Source: an uncultured Gemmatimonadales bacterium
GTDB taxonomy: Bacteria; Gemmatimonadota; Gemmatimonadetes; Gemmatimonadales; GWC2-71-9
DNA: 64,000 nt
Direction: 5' to 3'
Assembly: GCA_963798915.1 (NCBI GenBank)
Contig: CAWCVB010000002.1
Span: 256,001-320,000 of the forward strand
A program made the position numbers and the translations under genes. Positions 59,387-64,000 of the stretch are shown here, one piece after another. The notes beneath the pieces are model-generated. The model was not told where the DNA came from. It saw only the letters and a program-made list of their open reading frames with translations, and searched no databases. The stretch's first letter is position 1. Each line of letters opens with the position of its first letter.

Positions 59387-60157
59387 TTACGCCTCTCCAT
59401 ATAACTTCCCTGGCTCCAGCCCCGCCAGCTCCACCAGAAAGCTGCTGAGCCAGGCGACTACGTCACGGAGGAAGCGCTCACCCTTCTCCGACGAGGCCGC
59501 CAGCGGGTTGCCGACGCCGGTATCGTCGGTGACCTCGACCCAATGCCGCGGTGTCCAGGCCGAGCCGTCGCGGAAGGCTCGGATGGTGAACGCGCGGGCC
59601 GTGCCGGGGCCGGCGCTCGAGAGCGGTCGCACCAGCATGGGCGCCAGGTGCTGCATGACGCTGGTCTCGAGTTCGCCGGCGTGGTCGCCCGCGTCAGTGA
59701 AGTAGTCGGCCGGGTTGATGGCATTGTACCAGTTGGCCTGGCAGAGCAGCATATCGGTTTCCGGCCCAAGCTCCCGGATGATCTGCCGGAAATCATTGCC
59801 GCCGTGCCCGTTGAGGATCACCAGCTTGCGGATGCCGTGCGCGCCGAGGGAGGGGAGCAGGTCCCGGATGACCGCCAGCTGGGTGGACGGATTCATGTTG
59901 AGGCAAAGCGGAATCTCGCGTTGCCCGGTCTGCACGCCGAACGGTATGGTCGGCAGCACCACGACACGCGCACCCTTGCTCCACGCATCCGCCGCGGCGC
60001 GCAGCGCCACAGCCTCGACCTGGATGGTGTCGGTTCCATAGGGCAGGTGACGGTTATGCGCTTCAGTGGCGCCCCACGGGAGCACGGCGACATCGAATGG
60101 CGCCCTGCGGAGGTCTTCCCAGCAGGCTTCCGCGACGACATAGGGGCGAGCGGTCAT
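59387..60157 (-). CDS. Creatininase-family amidohydrolase
   Basis: LPWGATEAHNRHLPYGTD, LNGHGGN, DHAGELETS, GVGNP..AS.EKG. Confidence 0.93.
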   Translation of the reverse strand: MTARPYVVAEACWEDLRRAPFDVAVLPWGATEAHNRHLPYGTDTIQVEAVALRAAADAWSKGARVVVLPTIPFGVQTGQREIPLCLNMNPSTQLAVIRDLLPSLGAHGIRKLVILNGHGGNDFRQIIRELGPETDMLLCQANWYNAINPADYFTDAGDHAGELETSVMQHLAPMLVRPLSSAGPGTARAFTIRAFRDGSAWTPRHWVEVTDDTGVGNPLAASSEKGERFLRDVVAWLSSFLVELAGLEPGKLYGEA

Positions 60158-60355
60158 GCGGATGGGAACTCCTGTGCGTGGACGGTGCCGGGACAGCCGG
60201 TCCCGGCGCGAGTATCATGCGCCGATGCGTGGTCAACTCAATCTTGGCCGATCACTTTCACGAATACCAGTGCGTGAGCCGAAGCGCTTGACGCTTTCCC
60301 CGTTGGGCGTGAACTTCCGCCACACCCTCGCCACCCGCCCTCTCTGGATCACATC

Positions 60356-62854
60356 ATGAGAATTTCACTGCTGTCCCTGCTGCTCGCCTCCACACTGGCC
60401 GGTGCATTGCACGGACAGGGCGTTGCGCCGGCTGCATCAGCCAGAGCGGACGATCCCTGGCTCTGGCTGGAACCGGTCCGCTCCGACAGCGCGATGCAAT
60501 GGGTGCATGCGGAGAATGCAGTGACGCTCGCCAAGTACGCTCAGTCGCCAGCGTTCGACAGCCTCCGCGAGACGATCCGGCACGTGCTCGACTCCGACGC
60601 GCGGATTCCCTACGTCAACCGCATGGGTTCGTACCTCTACAATTTCTGGCGTGACCAGGCACATCCCCGGGGCATCTGGCGCCGCACCACGTTGGAGGAA
60701 TACCGGAAGCCGGAGCCCCGCTGGGACGTGTTGCTCGACGTGGACTCACTGGGCCGGGCTGAAGGTACCGGCTGGGTCTACCACGGCGCGCAATGCCTGG
60801 AGCCGGCGTACACCCGCTGCCTCGTCTCGCTCTCGCCCAACGGCGGCGATGCCTCGGCGGTGCGCGAATTCGACCTGACCACGCGGCGTTTCGTGGAGAA
60901 CGGTTTCACCCTGTCGGCCGCCAAGTCCCGGGTGAGCTGGATCGACCAGGATCACATCTACATCGGCACCGACTTCGGCCCCGGGTCAATGACGACGTCC
61001 AGCTATCCGCGCATCGCCAAGCGGTGGCGCCGGGGCACGCCGCTCGCCTCCGCCACGGTGGTGTATGAGGGAAAGCCGACCGACATGTCAGTCAGCGCAT
61101 ACCGCGATCGCACGCCCGGCTACCAGCGAGATTTCATCTCGGTGGCACGCGATTTCTACCACGATACACGCTATCTGCTGCAGGACGGCAAGCGCATCAA
61201 GGTGGACGTGCCCGAGGATGCCGGCGTGGATTTTCATCGGGAATGGCTGCTGCTCGAACTGCGATCATCCTGGACCACGGGCGGCCGCACCTGGCCGGCC
61301 GGGGCGTTGCTGGCGATCAAGGCGGATGCCTTCCTGGGTGGCGCGCGCGAGTTCCAGGCACTCTTCCTGCCAACCCGGCACACGTCGCTCGCGTCCCATC
61401 GCTGGACCCGGCATCACCTGATTCTCGGCTTGCTCGACGACGTCAAGAGCCGCCTGGAAGTCCTCACCCCCGGGCCAGGTGAGTGGGCCCGCGCCCCGCT
61501 GGCCGGCGCGCCGGCGTTGAGCACGGTCGGCGTGGTGGACACCGATCCGGACTCGACCGACGAGTACTGGCTCAGCGTGGAAGGGTTCCTGGCTCCGGCG
61601 GCACTCGAACGGGGCGTCCTCGACAGCGTCGAAATCGAAACCATCAAGCAGGGGCCGGCCTTCTTCGACGCGACGCCCTACGAGGTCACCCAACATTTCG
61701 TCAGCTCGAAGGACGGGACCCAGGTGCCGTACTTTCAGGTGTCAGGCAAGGGCATGCCGCTCGACGGGAGTCATCCCACGCTGCTGTTTGGCTATGGCGG
61801 CTTTGAAATTTCCGAAGTGCCGGCGTACGATGGCGTGCTTGGCCCCGCCTGGCTCGATCGAGGCGGCGTCTATGTGGTGGCCAACATCCGGGGTGGCGGC
61901 GAGTACGGCCCTGACTGGCACAACGCTGCGCTGCGTGAGCACCGCTCGCGCGCGTACGAGGATTTTGCCGCCGTGGCGCAGGACCTGGTCGATCGCGGCG
62001 TCACCACGCCGACCCACCTCGGTGCGGAAGGACGCAGCAACGGCGGCCTGCTGATGGGCAACATGTACACCCGCTGGCCCCAGCTCTTCGGCGCGATCGT
62101 CTGTGGCGTGCCGCTGCTCGACATGAAGCGCTACACGCATCTCTCCGCGGGTGCATCGTGGATCGCCGAGTATGGCGATCCCGACAAGCCGGCCGACTGG
62201 ACGTTCATCCGGACATTCTCGCCCTACCAGAACGTGCGGGCCGGCATGGACTACCCGCCCATCCTTTTCTACACCGCAACCAGCGACGACCGGGTGGGCC
62301 CGGTGCAGGCGCGGAAGATGACGGCAAAACTGCAATCCATGGGCTATGGCAACGTCTGGCTGCACGAAAACACCGAGGGTGGCCACGCTGGGTCATCCGA
62401 CAACAGCCAACTGGCCTTCCGCCGGGCGCTGACGTACCGGTTTCTGTGGGAGAAGCTGAGAGCTAAGAGACTGAGAGCCAAGGGCATTAGCTTCCGCTCC
62501 AGCGCTCAGTCCCTAATCCCTCTTCCCGCTCCAGCAACGCCTGCTTCCGCTCAATGCCCCAGCGATACCCGGCCAGGCTGCCGTCCTGCCGCACGGCGCG
62601 GTGGCAGGGCACCAGCACCGCAAGCGGGTTGCTGGCGCAGGCGTGCGCCACGGCCCGCACGGCGGATGGCCGACCGATACGACGCGCAATCTCACTGTAG
62701 GACCGGGTGCTTCCGGCCGGAATCCGGCGCAGCTCCTGCCAGACACTCTGCTGGAACGCGGTGCCCTGCATGTCGAGCGGCAGGTCGCCTCCCGTTCCGG
62801 GCCGCTCCACCGCACCCACCACCTGTGAGGCGAGCTTGGCATCGCCATGAATGA
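60356..62854 (+). CDS. Secreted prolyl oligopeptidase (S9A); homology appears to end near 62460 although the ORF reads on to 62854
   Basis: Signal peptide, DPWLWLE, GYGGF, ANIRGGGEYGPDWH, catalytic GRSNGG, DDRV, GGH. Confidence 0.92.
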   Translation: MRISLLSLLLASTLAGALHGQGVAPAASARADDPWLWLEPVRSDSAMQWVHAENAVTLAKYAQSPAFDSLRETIRHVLDSDARIPYVNRMGSYLYNFWRDQAHPRGIWRRTTLEEYRKPEPRWDVLLDVDSLGRAEGTGWVYHGAQCLEPAYTRCLVSLSPNGGDASAVREFDLTTRRFVENGFTLSAAKSRVSWIDQDHIYIGTDFGPGSMTTSSYPRIAKRWRRGTPLASATVVYEGKPTDMSVSAYRDRTPGYQRDFISVARDFYHDTRYLLQDGKRIKVDVPEDAGVDFHREWLLLELRSSWTTGGRTWPAGALLAIKADAFLGGAREFQALFLPTRHTSLASHRWTRHHLILGLLDDVKSRLEVLTPGPGEWARAPLAGAPALSTVGVVDTDPDSTDEYWLSVEGFLAPAALERGVLDSVEIETIKQGPAFFDATPYEVTQHFVSSKDGTQVPYFQVSGKGMPLDGSHPTLLFGYGGFEISEVPAYDGVLGPAWLDRGGVYVVANIRGGGEYGPDWHNAALREHRSRAYEDFAAVAQDLVDRGVTTPTHLGAEGRSNGGLLMGNMYTRWPQLFGAIVCGVPLLDMKRYTHLSAGASWIAEYGDPDKPADWTFIRTFSPYQNVRAGMDYPPILFYTATSDDRVGPVQARKMTAKLQSMGYGNVWLHENTEGGHAGSSDNSQLAFRRALTYRFLWEKLRAKRLRAKGISFRSSAQSLIPLPAPATPASAQCPSDTRPGCRPAARRGGRAPAPQAGCWRRRAPRPARRMADRYDAQSHCRTGCFRPESGAAPARHSAGTRCPACRAAGRLPFRAAPPHPPPVRRAWHRHE

Positions 62855-63245
62855 GCTCGGCCCGCGGAAAGCGTTGATGCAGGTCGATCATCAAGGCGTC
62901 GTGGTCGTCGCCCAGCATGACGGCGCAAACGCCGAGGGTGCTCTGGGCGACCAGGATCAGGCCGAGCGACGAGGGCTTGAAGGTGAACCAGATCCTGCTC
63001 GGCTGATGAACGCCGCCAGCAACATCCTTGTCCGGCTTGCAGCGCTTGCACGGGCGGAAGCCGGCTCGCTCGGCGTCAGCCCGGGTGGGATGGAATTGCA
63101 CGTTCTCCGGGCGGGCCAGCCGAGCCGAGCACGAGGGGCGGCAGTAGACGCCCGTGGTCCGCACGGAGTAATAGAAGGTGCCGTCCGCTTCCGTGTCCCG
63201 CTCGAGAATCGCTTCCCAGCGTGGGTCCGCCATGATCTTCTGCAT
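62487..63245 (-). CDS. ada: Ada-like protein: Zn-binding methylphosphotriester domain plus O6-methylguanine methyltransferase (no AraC HTH)
   Basis: SVRTTGVYCRPSC...GFRPCKRCKP; GTAFQQSVW..L..IP.G.T.SY; ACASNP...VPCHR. Confidence 0.9.
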   Translation of the reverse strand: MQKIMADPRWEAILERDTEADGTFYYSVRTTGVYCRPSCSARLARPENVQFHPTRADAERAGFRPCKRCKPDKDVAGGVHQPSRIWFTFKPSSLGLILVAQSTLGVCAVMLGDDHDALMIDLHQRFPRAELIHGDAKLASQVVGAVERPGTGGDLPLDMQGTAFQQSVWQELRRIPAGSTRSYSEIARRIGRPSAVRAVAHACASNPLAVLVPCHRAVRQDGSLAGYRWGIERKQALLEREEGLGTERWSGS

Positions 63246-63314
63246 TGTGTCCGTCCTCCCGCCAGTGTGGTGTGTGCGTCACGACAAGAAGGTAGGGCAG
63301 GGCAGGCGTATGAT

Positions 63315-63331
63315 CTCGCCATTTTCGGACA
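63315..63331 (-). promoter_or_regulatory. Putative activator box upstream of ada
   Basis: TGTCCGAAAATGGCGAG on the minus strand, 20 nt before a TACCTT -10-like hexamer. Confidence 0.6.
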
Positions 63332-63397
63332 ACAATATTCTGCTCGGTGTTGGCACATAAAGCGTTGTCAAGGCACGAGTTGAATCAGAGAATTACC

Positions 63398-63414
63398 TGT
63401 CCGGAAATGGCTAG
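63398..63414 (+). promoter_or_regulatory. Putative activator box upstream of alkA
   Basis: TGTCCGGAAATGGCTAG (15/17 identical to the other box), 20 nt before a TATCAT -10-like hexamer. Confidence 0.6.
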
Positions 63415-63446
63415 TCCAGAATCCTCCATGGCATTATCATGATGGC

Positions 63447-64000
63447 ATGACGGACGACGCCACGGCGCTCTATCAGGCCTATACCTCGCGCGACCCGCGC
63501 TTCGACGGGGTTTTCTTCATTGGAGTGACATCGACCGGGATCTACTGTCGGCCGGTGTGCACTGCGCGGACGCCCAAGCAAGCCAATTGCCGGTTTTTCC
63601 AGAGCGCGGAAGCGGCAGAAAAGGCGGCCTTCCGGCCCTGCCTCAGATGCCGGCCGGAGCTGGCTCCGGGTAACGCGCCGGTGGACGATGCGCATCGGAT
63701 CGCCGAGCTGGTGGCGCAGCGGATCGAACAAGGTGCCTTGGACAACGGGGGCGGCCTGGAAGACATCGCCCGCACTTTCGGTTGGAGTTCACGGCAGATT
63801 CGCCGGCTGGTGCACAACGAACTTGGCGTTTCGCCCATGGACCTGGTGATGACCCGTCGCCTCCTCCTGGCCAAGCAGCTGCTCACCGAGACGACGTTAC
63901 CGGTGATCGAAGTGGCATTTGCCAGCGGTTTTGCCAGTCTTCGCCGGTTCAATGATGCCTTCAGCCGACGGTATGGCATGCCTCCAACGCAATTGCGTAA
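63447..64000 (+). CDS. alkA: Ada Zn-binding + AraC HTH protein, probably an AdaA-AlkA fusion (DNA-3-methyladenine glycosylase II); partial
   Basis: Hand translation: MTDDATALYQAYTSRDPRFDGVFFIGVTSTGIYCRPVC...FRPCLRCRPELAPG...RLLLAKQLLTETTLPVIEVAFASGFASLRRFNDAF. The glycosylase domain would lie beyond the window. Confidence 0.85.
   Translation, partial: MTDDATALYQAYTSRDPRFDGVFFIGVTSTGIYCRPVCTARTPKQANCRFFQSAEAAEKAAFRPCLRCRPELAPGNAPVDDAHRIAELVAQRIEQGALDNGGGLEDIARTFGWSSRQIRRLVHNELGVSPMDLVMTRRLLLAKQLLTETTLPVIEVAFASGFASLRRFNDAFSRRYGMPPTQLR

Overview
High-GC bacterial window, probably Gemmatimonadota (inferred from the kinase N-terminal signature RLAAALADRYRIERELGxGGMATVYLAxDLKHxRxVAIKVLxPEL). It is dominated by a paralog expansion: 15 Hanks-type Ser/Thr kinase genes, labelled K1-K15 here from left to right. 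Fourteen are on the minus strand, in three stop/start-coupled runs (<1-13.3 kb, 18.4-26.7 kb, 39.7-58.7 kb). One (K8) is on the plus strand, paired with an ECF sigma factor of the phosphorylation-activated type. All share a conserved N-terminal kinase and one hydrophobic helix, followed by a variable C-terminal module: TolB/PD40-like beta-propeller (10), TolB-N+TPR (4), or FGE-like plus alpha/beta-hydrolase (1). The array shows signs of turnover: decayed kinase-start mini-ORFs at most breaks, near-identical 5' blocks shared between paralogs with different C-termini, GTCGAC-based heptamer expansions in the same loop of four kinases, and a REP-like hairpin family at junctions. Interspersed genes are a 2-oxoacid:ferredoxin oxidoreductase operon, a permuted papain-like amidase, an APC permease, an amidohydrolase, a BNR/VPS10-like protein, a HAF-repeat lipoprotein, a PCYCGC-like protein, DUF2911, a GH29 fucosidase, VOC and creatininase-family proteins, a prolyl oligopeptidase, and a divergent ada/alkA pair with a shared upstream box. 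Several single-base frameshifts, and an indel-rich stretch at about 52.4-54 kb, may be long-read assembly errors. I saw no rRNA, tRNA, CRISPR array, transposase, integrase or reverse transcriptase.
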